DNA from: Bacteroidota bacterium
Lineage (GTDB): Bacteria > Bacteroidota > Bacteroidia > UBA7662
Assembly: GCA_027485465.1 (NCBI GenBank)
Contig: JAIXRA010000124.1
Span: 1-52,790 of the forward strand
Length of the DNA: 52,790 nt
Direction: 5' to 3'
Position 1 is the first letter of the stretch. Every line of letters begins with the position of its first letter. Shown here one piece after another: positions 8,764 to 18,101 of this stretch. The translations under genes and the position numbers were made by a program. The notes below the pieces were generated by a model. That model ran no database searches. It worked only from the letters and a program-made list of their open reading frames with translations, and was not told the DNA's origin.

Positions 8764-9942
8764 TCAAGGGTGGTAACACTCAAATAGGCCCGCGACGCCT
8801 TGCCCGCCTCCAACACAGGCGGTTACCAGCCCGTATCGTTGCTTTCGTTCCCGCATTTCATGCAAAAGTTGCAGGCTGAGCTTGGCACCCGAACAGCCCA
8901 GGGGATGTCCCAAGGCAATGGCGCCACCATTAAGGTTGACCAGCTCTGGGTTCAAATCCAACTGTCGCATGACCGCCAAGGATTGGGCGGCAAAAGCTTC
9001 GTTTAATTCGATTTGTTCGAGATCGGTGATCCGTAGGCCGGCTTTGTTCAAGGCTATTGGAACAGCGGCCACCGGTCCAATGCCCATGATACGGGGTTCC
9101 ACACCGCGGGTTGCGTAGGAGACCATGCGGCCCAGCGGTTCGATCCCTAATTCGCGGACCATTCGTTCGGACGCGACAAGGACAAAGGCCGCTCCGTCCG
9201 AGGTCTGCGAAGAATTGCCGGCGGTTACGCTACCACCCTGGGCAAAAACAGGTTTGAGTTTGCCCAAAGCTTCCAGGGAGGTATCGCGGCGTGGGCCTTC
9301 ATCGGTATCCACCGTGATGCTTCTTTTTTGTTTTTTCATCCGTTCATCGACATAGACTTCTTCTACGAGAACGGGTGCAATTTGGGCTTTGAAACGACCG
9401 TTGTCCAGGGCAGCTATGGCTTTGGTATGCGAGGTCAAGGCAAAGGCATCTTGTTCATCCCGTGTGATACCGTATTCTCTGGCGACCATTTCGGCGGTCA
9501 ATCCCATGGAGGTGTAAAAGTCACCGTGGGTGCTGGCGATGGAATAGTTCAAAGCGGTTTTCCAGCCCATGACCGGAACCATGGACATGGATTCCACACC
9601 ACCTGCTAAAATTAGGTCCGCCATACCGCTGTGGATACGTTGGGCAGCGATGGCAATGCTTTCGAGGCCTGATCCGCAGTAGCGATTCACGACCATGCCC
9701 GGTACTTCTTTGGGCAAAGCCAACAGCGAAACAATGCGCCCCATCTGCATGCCTTGTTCCGCTTCGGGCACCGCATTGCCGACGATGAGTTCATCGATAC
9801 GCACGGGATCCAGCTGAGGAAGGCCGGCCAATATCTGCCGAATTACTTCTGCTGCCAGATCGTCGGGACGGGTAAAACGAAAACCTCCTTTGGGGGCTTT
9901 GGTAACGGCCGATCGCAGACCGGCAAGGATGTAGGCGTTCAT
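8764..9942 (-). CDS. fadA: Acetyl-CoA C-acyltransferase (3-ketoacyl-CoA thiolase)
   Basis: Thiolase signatures NRYCGSGLESI (active-site Cys), NEAFAAQ, GHPLGCSGA and CVGGGQG. Confidence 0.93.
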   Translation of the reverse strand: MNAYILAGLRSAVTKAPKGGFRFTRPDDLAAEVIRQILAGLPQLDPVRIDELIVGNAVPEAEQGMQMGRIVSLLALPKEVPGMVVNRYCGSGLESIAIAAQRIHSGMADLILAGGVESMSMVPVMGWKTALNYSIASTHGDFYTSMGLTAEMVAREYGITRDEQDAFALTSHTKAIAALDNGRFKAQIAPVLVEEVYVDERMKKQKRSITVDTDEGPRRDTSLEALGKLKPVFAQGGSVTAGNSSQTSDGAAFVLVASERMVRELGIEPLGRMVSYATRGVEPRIMGIGPVAAVPIALNKAGLRITDLEQIELNEAFAAQSLAVMRQLDLNPELVNLNGGAIALGHPLGCSGAKLSLQLLHEMRERKQRYGLVTACVGGGQGVAGLFECYHP

Positions 9943-9982
9943 TTGTTACAGATTCGTAGAGGGTCGAGGTTGCAAGAAAGAA

Positions 9983-12346
9983 TTAGTTGCGAAGTGCTTT
10001 GCCAGTTTTGAGCATATGCTGTATCCGCTCCAGCGTTTTTCGTTCACCGCAGAGGGAAAGAAAGGCCTCACGTTCCAGATCCAAGAGGTATTGTTCCGAA
10101 ACCAATTGAGGGTAGGAGAGGTCTCCGCCACAGAGTACATAAGCTAGTTTTTGGGCAATGAGGCGGTCATGATCCGATATATAGCGGCCCATGTGCATTC
10201 CGTTCACCCCGGCCAAGAGAAGAGCCATCCCTGCTTTGCCAGGAACTCGGATATCCTGGCGCATGCTGGGTGGGTTGTATCCCGCTGCCGCCATTTCCAA
10301 AACCCAATCGCGGGCCTGTGCTATGCGATGGTCTTCAAACAAGGAAATTCGGTCGCTTTCACGAAAAATCCCCATAGCCTTGGCTTCCATCGCTGAGGTG
10401 GCAACTTTGGCAGTCGCCATGTTCATATAGATTTGGCTGAGGGTGTTGTATTCAACATCACCCTGACGGTAACGATCCGAAAGCCGAAGGGCAAATTCTT
10501 TGGTTCCGCCTCCACCGGGAATGACCCCAACCCCGACCTCCACCAAACCTACATAGGTTTCAGCAGCAGCTTGGACCCCGTCGGCGTGCATGGATAACTC
10601 ACAACCGCCCCCAAGTGTTAGACCCTTGGGCGCGACGACCACCGGAATTTTGGAAAGGCGAGCCAACATGGTGAAGGACTGAAAGGCACGGATAGCCATA
10701 TCCAATTCCTCGTATTCTTGTTCCGCCGCCAGCATAAAGACCATGCCCAAATTGGCGCCTGCCGAAAAAACAGCCGATGAATTGGAAATAACCAGGCCTG
10801 CGAAATCTTTTTCGGCCATTTCAATGCTTTTTCGGAAGCCTGCGATGACCTCGCCACCAATGGAATTCATTTTGGTGTGGAACTCAAAATTGAGCACCCC
10901 TTGACCCAGGTCTATTAAACTGCAACCACTGTTCGACCAAACGAGCTTGGTGGGTTTGAGCAGTTGGAGATCGACGATGCGCTCCCGGTGGGGAACTTGG
11001 ACCCTGCAACCCAGACCAGGATGATAACACCAAAGTTCGCCTTCTTTGTTTTCATAAAAAGAATCCACACCAGAGGCCAACATGTCGGTAACCCAAGGGG
11101 CCGGCGTTTCGCCATAAAGCGTCATTAACTGACTCATTTCACGGACTCCGATGGCGTCCCATAAAGCGTAAGGTCCTAATTCCCAGCCAAAACCGGCTTC
11201 CATGGCCTCATCCATCTCAAAGGGTGCTTCGCAGATTTCAGGAATGCGAAGGGATGCATAGCGCAGATTGCGCGCAAAGCTCTGACGGAGGAATTCACCG
11301 CCCTTGTCCGGCATTTGGATAAGGGCTTTGATTCGTTTGCGCAGGTCATTTTCCTGCTTGATGGGGTCCAATAAGGGGAACTTGGTTTTGGATTGGACGG
11401 CATAGGTTCCCGTTCGCAGGTCCAGAGCTTCGATGATTTTGCTCCCATCCTCACCTTTGGTTTTGCGGTAAAAGCCTTGCTTGGTTTTGTCACCCAATCG
11501 GCCTTCGGCTAACATTTGTTGAAGAAAGGCCGGGATTTCAAACAGATCGTGGTATTCATCTTGGGGGCAGCGTTGGTGCACCCCTTGCGCTACCTTGACC
11601 AAGGTATCCAGACCGACCACATCGCAGGTCCGAAAGGTGGCGGATTTGGGGCGACCAATCAGCGGACCTGTGAGTTGATCCACCGCGGTAATATCCAGAT
11701 CCAGGCTATCCATGCTATGCAGCAGGGCCATGATTCCAAAAACTCCGATGCGATTGGCGATAAACGCAGGGCTGTCTTTGGCTTGGACGGCTACTTTGCC
11801 CAGTTTTTGCCGGCCAAAATGAAGAAGAAAATCCATCCATTTGGGATCGGTATCCGGACCGGGAATAACTTCGAGTAGTTTGAGGTAACGTGGAGGGTTA
11901 AAAAAATGAGTCCCGCAAAAGTTTTGGCGGAAATCTTCGGAGCGGCCCTGGCAAAGGTCGGCGATGGGAATCCCCGAAGTGTTGGTGCTGATCAAGGATC
12001 CGGTTTTTCGGTGGGTTTCGACCCGGCTGTATAGATCTTGTTTGGGTTCCAGCTGTTCGATAATCGCTTCGATAATCCAATCGCAGTCCGCCAAACGATG
12101 GAGATCATCCCGAAAGTTCCCTGTCCGAATTCGGGAGCCCAGGGAATCGAGGTAGAGGGGCGATGGTTTGGAGGCCATGGCCGTTGCCAAGGCTTTGTTT
12201 ACCAGGGTATTGGCGTCTTTGGAAGCATCCGGATCCGGGATGTCCAAGAGCAGGACATCCATTCCGCAATTGGCAAAGTGACAAGCCAACCTGGAGCCCA
12301 TAATTCCGGAACCCAAGACGGCGACTTGATGGATAGTTCGTTTCAT
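9983..12346 (-). CDS. Fused 3-hydroxyacyl-CoA dehydrogenase / enoyl-CoA hydratase
   Basis: The N-terminal Rossmann motif is VAVLGSGIMGSRLA. The C-terminal crotonase-fold region has FSAGANL and PVVVAPKGLTLGGGCEL. The domain order is dehydrogenase then hydratase, the reverse of E. coli FadB. Confidence 0.92.
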   Translation of the reverse strand: MKRTIHQVAVLGSGIMGSRLACHFANCGMDVLLLDIPDPDASKDANTLVNKALATAMASKPSPLYLDSLGSRIRTGNFRDDLHRLADCDWIIEAIIEQLEPKQDLYSRVETHRKTGSLISTNTSGIPIADLCQGRSEDFRQNFCGTHFFNPPRYLKLLEVIPGPDTDPKWMDFLLHFGRQKLGKVAVQAKDSPAFIANRIGVFGIMALLHSMDSLDLDITAVDQLTGPLIGRPKSATFRTCDVVGLDTLVKVAQGVHQRCPQDEYHDLFEIPAFLQQMLAEGRLGDKTKQGFYRKTKGEDGSKIIEALDLRTGTYAVQSKTKFPLLDPIKQENDLRKRIKALIQMPDKGGEFLRQSFARNLRYASLRIPEICEAPFEMDEAMEAGFGWELGPYALWDAIGVREMSQLMTLYGETPAPWVTDMLASGVDSFYENKEGELWCYHPGLGCRVQVPHRERIVDLQLLKPTKLVWSNSGCSLIDLGQGVLNFEFHTKMNSIGGEVIAGFRKSIEMAEKDFAGLVISNSSAVFSAGANLGMVFMLAAEQEYEELDMAIRAFQSFTMLARLSKIPVVVAPKGLTLGGGCELSMHADGVQAAAETYVGLVEVGVGVIPGGGGTKEFALRLSDRYRQGDVEYNTLSQIYMNMATAKVATSAMEAKAMGIFRESDRISLFEDHRIAQARDWVLEMAAAGYNPPSMRQDIRVPGKAGMALLLAGVNGMHMGRYISDHDRLIAQKLAYVLCGGDLSYPQLVSEQYLLDLEREAFLSLCGERKTLERIQHMLKTGKALRN

Positions 12347-12373
12347 AACACAAAAAAGGTGGGTTGCGCTGAA

Positions 12374-12889
12374 TTAGACTTCGACGGTGTTGGGATGAGT
12401 GGACGCTTGAAGAGAGGCGTTCCCCATTAATTGATGAGGCGACAGGGATCCGATGAGACCATTGATGGTGTCCATGCATTCAAAGAAGACAGCCAGCTTG
12501 GCATCTCCCAAACGATTCCGCACCAAGCGGTTGAAATGTCTTACCCGTTCTTTGGCTAGTTCGCGGGCGGCGATGCCCTGGGGGGTGAGTCGTACCATGA
12601 CCTGGCGGCGGTCTTGGCCGGGAATCCGGTACCGTTCAATCAGACCATCGTTCTCCAATTTGTTCAGGGTCCGGGTCGTTGAGGATGGCTCCATGCCCAG
12701 TTTGGGCGCTACTTGGGTGACCGGTAGGCCTTCGGCTTCGATGTGAAGCAGGAGGTAGGCCGAAGAAACCGATAGTCCGTAGCTCTCTGCCTCAAAATGA
12801 TACATACGAGCGATGTTCAGCCAGGTCAGTCGGGTATCAAAACAGACAGTCCGTTTGGATTTCCCCGCGGGGTTGTTTGTTGTTGGCAT
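12374..12889 (-). CDS. MarR-family transcriptional regulator
   Basis: The winged-helix region is VTQVAPKLGMEPSSTTRTLNKLENDGLIERYRIPGQDRRQVMVRLTPQG. The start is taken at the internal Met (MPTTNN). The gene lies directly upstream of the beta-oxidation genes. Confidence 0.85.
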   Translation of the reverse strand: MPTTNNPAGKSKRTVCFDTRLTWLNIARMYHFEAESYGLSVSSAYLLLHIEAEGLPVTQVAPKLGMEPSSTTRTLNKLENDGLIERYRIPGQDRRQVMVRLTPQGIAARELAKERVRHFNRLVRNRLGDAKLAVFFECMDTINGLIGSLSPHQLMGNASLQASTHPNTVEV

Positions 12890-12892
12890 ACC

Positions 12893-12900
12893 CAAAGTTA
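12893..12900 (-). promoter_or_regulatory. -7 box TAACTTTG (TAnnTTTG) 3 nt before the marR ATG, implying a leaderless or near-leaderless transcript
   Basis: The minus strand reads TAACTTTGGGTATG. Confidence 0.4.
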
Positions 12901-12911
12901 AGGGTATATAG

Positions 12912-12923
12912 TATGCATGCATA
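12912..12923. promoter_or_regulatory. Perfect 12-bp palindrome TATGCATGCATA, a candidate MarR operator, with an extra TGCATA half-site at 12933..12938
   Basis: The sequence is self-complementary as read. It sits where a -33 element of the marR/beta-oxidation promoter would be. Confidence 0.45.
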
Positions 12924-12953
12924 TCTTGTGCGTGCATAAAAAAGCGAGCTCCC

Positions 12954-12978
12954 AAAAAAAACCCGGACGAGCCGGGTT
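12954..12978 (-). terminator. Rho-independent terminator after the acyl-CoA ligase gene
   Basis: The minus strand has AACCCGG-ctcgt-CCGGGTT followed by T8. It lies 23 nt downstream of the stop at 13001. Confidence 0.75.
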
Positions 12979-13000
12979 CAAGGATTCGACCTATCGAGTT

Positions 13001-14767
13001 CTACGATGCGTACAAGGCGTCGTGTTCCTTCTGGAATTTTCCCACAATAAACTTGCGCTTGAGCTTCATGGTCGGCGTTAACTCACCACTTTCGACGGTC
13101 CAAGTCACAGGAAGAAGGGTAAACTTTTTGACCTGTTCCCATTGACCGTATTCCTTGTTGAAACGATCGACTTCGGATTGAAGGAGGGCGATCACTTGGG
13201 GGTTTTGGACCAAAGCCGAAGGGGCCTGATCTCCAAGGCCGTTTTTGGTTGCCCAATCGTTGAGCACCTCCCAAGCCGGTACGATTAACGCCGAAGGGTG
13301 TTTTTGGTTCTCGCCACAGACCATCAATTGTTCGATGTAAATGGACTCTTTGAACTTGTTTTCCATGGCTTGGGGAGCAATGTACTTACCGCCGGAGGTT
13401 TTGAAAATTTCTTTTTTGCGGTCGGTGATTTTGAGGTTGCCTTGCGCAGTCAAGGTTCCAATATCGCCGGTATGAAACCAACCATCCGGGTCGATCACAT
13501 CGCGGGTCAGGGCTTCGTCTTTGTAATACCCTTGCATGATATTGGTTCCTCTGCACAGAATCTCACCATCTTCGGCGATTCGCAATTCGACACCTTCCAG
13601 AACTGGACCGACGGTTCCAAACTCGACCTGACCAGTCGCGAGGTAATTGACCGCCAAAACAGGGGAGGTTTCGGTAAGACCATAGCCTTCCAGGACCGGA
13701 ATTTGGGCGGCCCAAAAGACCCTCGCCAAACGAGGTTGCAAGGCTGCAGCGCCACTGACTATGGCTTGAACATTACCACCCAGCGCCTCACGCCATTTGC
13801 TAAAAATTAATCGATTGGCTAATTTCAACTGGGTCTCGTACCACCAGCCATTGGCCCCTTTGAACTCGTAGCGCAATCCCAAATCAAGGGCCCAAAAGAA
13901 CAGTTTACGCTTCACGCCGGTGAGCTCCATGCCCTTCGCGACAATTTTGTCGTAAACCTTCTCCAGCAGTCGGGGAACCGTCGAAAAGACCTGAGGCTTA
14001 ATTTCTTTGAGGTTATCTCCAATCGTTTCCATGCTTTCGGCGTAATGAATGCCGATGGAACTGTACATCATCATATAGGTGAGCATCCGCTCGTAGATAT
14101 GATTGAGCGGAAGGAAACTCAGGCTCTTGTCGCCGGCTTTGCAGGGAACCCGAACAGCCGCCGCCAAAAGATTGCTCATGATGTTATGATGGGATAACAT
14201 CACGCCTTTGGGAAAGCCTGTGGTGCCCGACGTATAAATGATGGTGGCCGTGTCTTCTTTTTGGATGGCGGCACGGCGATTCAAGAGTTCCTGACCCAGG
14301 TCCAGTCGAGCTGCTGCTTTGATTTCGGACCAATGCTGAGCGCCGGGAACGCGATTAAAGGTATAGACCCCGGCAATATGGGGAAATTCTCGGGCAATGG
14401 GTGCGATTCTCTCGTAGAGGCTGGCATCCGAAACCATGACCCAGCGAACCTCGGCATGCTCCAGGATATAACGGTAATCCTGGTCGGTGATGGTCGGATA
14501 CAAGGGGACGTGCACGCCGCCCACTTGCAACATGCCCAAATCCAAAAAATTCCATTCGGGTCGGTTGTTGGATACGGTGGCGATTCGGTCACCGGGTTGC
14601 AAGCCTATGGCCAGCAGTCCCAAGGCAACTTGGTTAATTTCATCCAGCGATTGCGCCGTTGAATACCTTTTCCAGGTTCCTTGCTCTTTGGCAGCAAAAG
14701 CGTAGTCCAAAGGATGGCGACGCTGCTGATGCTCCAGCAATTCGAAGAGCAATCGAGGTTCTTGCAT
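13001..14767 (-). CDS. Long-chain fatty acid-CoA ligase (AMP-dependent synthetase)
   Basis: AMP-binding motif IIYTSGTTGFPKGVMLSH, plus GWFHTGDIG and TPTMKLKRK. Confidence 0.92.
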   Translation of the reverse strand: MQEPRLLFELLEHQQRRHPLDYAFAAKEQGTWKRYSTAQSLDEINQVALGLLAIGLQPGDRIATVSNNRPEWNFLDLGMLQVGGVHVPLYPTITDQDYRYILEHAEVRWVMVSDASLYERIAPIAREFPHIAGVYTFNRVPGAQHWSEIKAAARLDLGQELLNRRAAIQKEDTATIIYTSGTTGFPKGVMLSHHNIMSNLLAAAVRVPCKAGDKSLSFLPLNHIYERMLTYMMMYSSIGIHYAESMETIGDNLKEIKPQVFSTVPRLLEKVYDKIVAKGMELTGVKRKLFFWALDLGLRYEFKGANGWWYETQLKLANRLIFSKWREALGGNVQAIVSGAAALQPRLARVFWAAQIPVLEGYGLTETSPVLAVNYLATGQVEFGTVGPVLEGVELRIAEDGEILCRGTNIMQGYYKDEALTRDVIDPDGWFHTGDIGTLTAQGNLKITDRKKEIFKTSGGKYIAPQAMENKFKESIYIEQLMVCGENQKHPSALIVPAWEVLNDWATKNGLGDQAPSALVQNPQVIALLQSEVDRFNKEYGQWEQVKKFTLLPVTWTVESGELTPTMKLKRKFIVGKFQKEHDALYAS

Positions 14768-14770
14768 GGT

Positions 14771-15880
14771 TTAGGGTTTAGATACCAACAGCTTGGAATA
14801 AACAGGGGCTTTGCCTGGAGTAATTACCTCCAGGTGGTACAGACCCGCTGGTACGGTTTCAAGATCAAGGCTCAAGGTATGTTCACTGGTCCACTGAAAA
14901 AGATTGGGAAGACGGCGCCCGGCGGCATCCTGCAGGTGGACCTGGGGACGGCCTGTGCTTTCGGAGCGATTTTCCCAGCCTACCAAACGGATTTCGGCCG
15001 ATGTGCTGGCTGGATTGGGGAACAAGTGAACGGAGGTCCCGGCCTTGGAGGTGGCGGCCTCTTCGACCCCTGTATGGATATTGTAACCAAGTCGAAGCTT
15101 GAACCCTTTGTGGACTTGTTTGGTCGTGCTGTTTTGGACAAAACCTGTGAGGTAGAGGTGGGGCAAACGCCACCGCGGGGCCAGGCGGGTTTTGAAACTA
15201 AAGGAGGTAGGAACCGCACCACTGCCAACTGCGATGCCGTTGGTATCCGGTAAAATTCTGCGGGTCACCATGGGAAACAAGCGTTCTCCGTTGTTACCGG
15301 GCAGACCGCCTCCTGGTTGTCCTGGGGGTGGGTAATAAATGGAGTCTTCGGCCAATACCATAATCAATCGATTCCCCGAATCCGGGGTGCTCAATGAATA
15401 GACGGTACCGGAAATCTGCACACTGTCCGGGCCAGCACCTACCAAATTGGTTTCGAGGTCGTAAACCCAGTTGGCCGGGGTGATGTTGTGCCAGGTTTCC
15501 AAGGTGCTTTGACTCATGGTGGTGCTCAAGGCAAAGCGACCCAAACGTAGGGCCGGTACCCCGGTCACCCCGTAGTAATTAACCCGATTGGTTGGATCGG
15601 CGGGGTTGGCCAGGTACATGGAATCCAAACCAGGCCATGCGACATGGTGACGAACGGCAACGGCCCGCCCCGGGTTGTTTCGCATCAAACTTTGGAAGGT
15701 TGGATTCTGCTGAGCACAAGGGGGGCAAGAGGCATTGGTGAAATGCTCAAGAACCAAAATATTGCTTTCAAAAGCGGTGGACCCTTGGGACCAAACCTGA
15801 AGGGGCCCCAAAACCGATGCACCGGTCAGGAACAAGGCAGCCCAGGCCCGGAAAAAGCTATTCAAAGAAAGGATGCGCAT
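14771..15880 (-). CDS. T9SS-secreted thioredoxin-fold-like protein with a CPPC motif (Omp28-related family, tentative)
   Basis: Has a signal peptide. EHFTNASCPPCAQQNP (CPPC at 15716..15727) is followed by YYGVTGVPALRLG, a cis-Pro-like GVP. The C-terminal sorting domain is LFPNPASTSAEIRL...GLYHLEV. It is a paralogue of the 16036..17913 gene. Confidence 0.7.
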   Translation of the reverse strand: MRILSLNSFFRAWAALFLTGASVLGPLQVWSQGSTAFESNILVLEHFTNASCPPCAQQNPTFQSLMRNNPGRAVAVRHHVAWPGLDSMYLANPADPTNRVNYYGVTGVPALRLGRFALSTTMSQSTLETWHNITPANWVYDLETNLVGAGPDSVQISGTVYSLSTPDSGNRLIMVLAEDSIYYPPPGQPGGGLPGNNGERLFPMVTRRILPDTNGIAVGSGAVPTSFSFKTRLAPRWRLPHLYLTGFVQNSTTKQVHKGFKLRLGYNIHTGVEEAATSKAGTSVHLFPNPASTSAEIRLVGWENRSESTGRPQVHLQDAAGRRLPNLFQWTSEHTLSLDLETVPAGLYHLEVITPGKAPVYSKLLVSKP

Positions 15881-15984
15881 AATTGGTAGGGTTAAGGGAA
15901 AAACTTGGATGATGGGTGAGGAAAGAAGACGATGAAGGACAGGTGGAATCCTGTTAACACGAAGATAACGAATTTAGGAGCACC

Positions 15985-16017
15985 AAAAAAAGCAAAGCCC
16001 CGCGAACGGGGCTTTGC
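15985..16017 (-). terminator. Rho-independent terminator after the 625-aa CPPC protein gene
   Basis: The minus strand has GCAAAGCCCCG-ttcg-CGGGGCTTTGC followed by T7. Confidence 0.8.
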
Positions 16018-16035
16018 AATCGATGGGTATGTTGA

Positions 16036-17913
16036 TTAATGACGAACCAAAACCTTGCGGGTACCCAGGACTTGGCCTTGGGCGCCTTTGAGGTGAACCA
16101 GGTACAAACCTTCCTGCCATTCGCCGGTGGAGATGCGAAGCATCCCATCTTCGGTGGATAGGTTGTTTGAATAGACGGTTTGACCCAGAGCGTTTTGAAC
16201 CATGACCTCCCCGTTTTGACGACCGGTACGAACATTCAGGGTTTCATTGCTGGGGTTGGGGTAAACCGACAAGAGGTCCGCGCGATCGCTCAAATCAGCG
16301 ACCGATGTGGTGTTGAGGCTGTTCCCCAATTTGATTTTCACCCCTTTGTTGGCTTCTTTGGTGCCGTTCGCTTGGACAAAGGCCAAGAGATACAGGTTAT
16401 CCCTCACGAAGGTGGGCGACAAGGGGTAGCTGGCGTTGATGGTGGTGTTTTGTGAACCGTTTCCGCAATTAATACCGCTGGAGGTGGGAAGAATTTTGCG
16501 CAAAACCGAAGGGAATTCACGCTCTCCGTTCGTGCCCGGTGCGGTGGCATAATTGATGGGATCTTCGACGAGGTAGAGCCAAAGCTTGTTGTCGGTATTG
16601 GCCTGGGTGCTCTTGCCACGAACGCTACCGGTTACGACCAGGGTGCTTCCGTTAATGGTGGTGTTGATGTTGTAATACCAGTTGCTTGGTAGGTTGGCAA
16701 TGTTATCGTCCAAATTGGCCTGGGTAATGCTCGCAGGGTTGGAAGAAAGCATATTGCCGAGGCGAACGGCTGGTACACCGGTGATTCCATAATAGTTGAC
16801 CCTGGAAGTTGGATCCCCCGTATTAAACGAATACATGGGATCGACTCCAGGCCAGGAGGTGTGATGTTTGACCGAAGTAACTTCGCTGTTGTTGGCCAAA
16901 AGGAGGGCCTGGAACAGGGGATTGGCCGTCGCGCATGGAGGACAAGATGCGTTGGTAAAATGCTCGTAGATGACCAAATTGGACTGAACCGGTGGAGCAG
17001 GGTCCACCACGCTAAGCGTTGCGGTCAACGTATCAGAACCAACCGAGGTACCGTTCACCCCTGACATCCAGATATCGATGCTGTAGGAACCAGCGTTGTT
17101 GGGGGTAAAGGCAGAGGTAAACGTGAAAAGGTCGGTTGCAAAGGAAGCCACCGAACCCGAATAAGGTTGGCTGGTGGTTGCACCTCCGTTCACCCGGTAA
17201 TTCAGGTTGCCGGTCGAAACGGCGTTGAGGCCCAGGTTACGGAAACTGCCAGCAATGGTCACGGGGCTGTTGGTAAAGGCCAAAGCGGGAACGCTGTGTT
17301 GAACCATCGCCACCTCATCAAAGGCAGGAACGGTAATCCGAATATTGTCCACCAACATAGCCACCATGTCGTTGGAGATGTTGCGGAAAGCAAAACGTAG
17401 GGTGGTACCCGCGTAGGAGGCCAGGGAGAAACCGCGGGTGGTTAGGCTGAGATTTTCACCGGTGGTCGAGAAGAGGGGTGCCGAGGTCAAAAACGACGAA
17501 CGGGCCGTGTCCCCGTTGCTGAGACGCAGTTCGTAGGCCTCGGGATAGGTGGCATTGCCCAAGCTTTGCGCATCGTAAATCAGGTAATAATTACCGGTTG
17601 CTGGAAGCGTAATCGATGGGGAAATGAGCCAACGATCGACGGCGCCGACCGGATTGGTCCAGGAGACACTAACAGCCGAACGCATCAGGTTGTTAAAAAC
17701 GCCCGGGAAGGTCCAAGCATTGGTGCTGTTTCCGGTGAGGGTGGAGACATTGCTGGCACCGGGACGTCCGTCCATATTCACCAAAACCCAGCCGCTAGGT
17801 ACCGAGGTGGTGCCCGCTAAGGAATTGAAGTCTTCGCTGAACAAAGTCTGCGCCCCGGCACTGAGGGTGCTCAATAGGAACAGTGTCAGCAGGAATCGTA
17901 GGTTTTTGAGCAT
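16036..17913 (-). CDS. T9SS-secreted multidomain surface protein: N-terminal choice-of-anchor-J-like domain, Ig-like region, CPPC thioredoxin-fold-like domain and T9SS C-terminal domain
   Basis: Has a signal peptide. The N-terminal domain begins QTLFSEDFNS...GWVLVNMDG. EHFTNASCPPCATANP (CPPC at 16933..16944) and YYGITGVPAVRLG align along their length with the 369-aa paralogue. The C-terminus is VYPNPSNETLNV...GLYLVHL. Confidence 0.75.
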   Translation of the reverse strand: MLKNLRFLLTLFLLSTLSAGAQTLFSEDFNSLAGTTSVPSGWVLVNMDGRPGASNVSTLTGNSTNAWTFPGVFNNLMRSAVSVSWTNPVGAVDRWLISPSITLPATGNYYLIYDAQSLGNATYPEAYELRLSNGDTARSSFLTSAPLFSTTGENLSLTTRGFSLASYAGTTLRFAFRNISNDMVAMLVDNIRITVPAFDEVAMVQHSVPALAFTNSPVTIAGSFRNLGLNAVSTGNLNYRVNGGATTSQPYSGSVASFATDLFTFTSAFTPNNAGSYSIDIWMSGVNGTSVGSDTLTATLSVVDPAPPVQSNLVIYEHFTNASCPPCATANPLFQALLLANNSEVTSVKHHTSWPGVDPMYSFNTGDPTSRVNYYGITGVPAVRLGNMLSSNPASITQANLDDNIANLPSNWYYNINTTINGSTLVVTGSVRGKSTQANTDNKLWLYLVEDPINYATAPGTNGEREFPSVLRKILPTSSGINCGNGSQNTTINASYPLSPTFVRDNLYLLAFVQANGTKEANKGVKIKLGNSLNTTSVADLSDRADLLSVYPNPSNETLNVRTGRQNGEVMVQNALGQTVYSNNLSTEDGMLRISTGEWQEGLYLVHLKGAQGQVLGTRKVLVRH

Positions 17914-18047
17914 AGTTTCTTAATTTTTATACAATAGTAAATCAAAAGTCGCCATGAAAGGCCCTGTGCCTTGATTTTCCTCTCCATCAATGAAGCGCCT
18001 GGGGGCTTTAGCGGGGCCGATGCTGACATTTTGTCTTGTTTTAACCT

Positions 18048-18055
18048 TAATTTTG
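18048..18055 (+). promoter_or_regulatory. -7 box TAATTTTG (TAnnTTTG) upstream of miaB
   Basis: Exact match to the Bacteroidota -7 consensus, 46 nt before the miaB ATG. Confidence 0.4.
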
Positions 18056-18101
18056 TCGTTCTATCCCAAAACTACCCAGCGGTCCTTTTGAACAAAATTC
18101 T

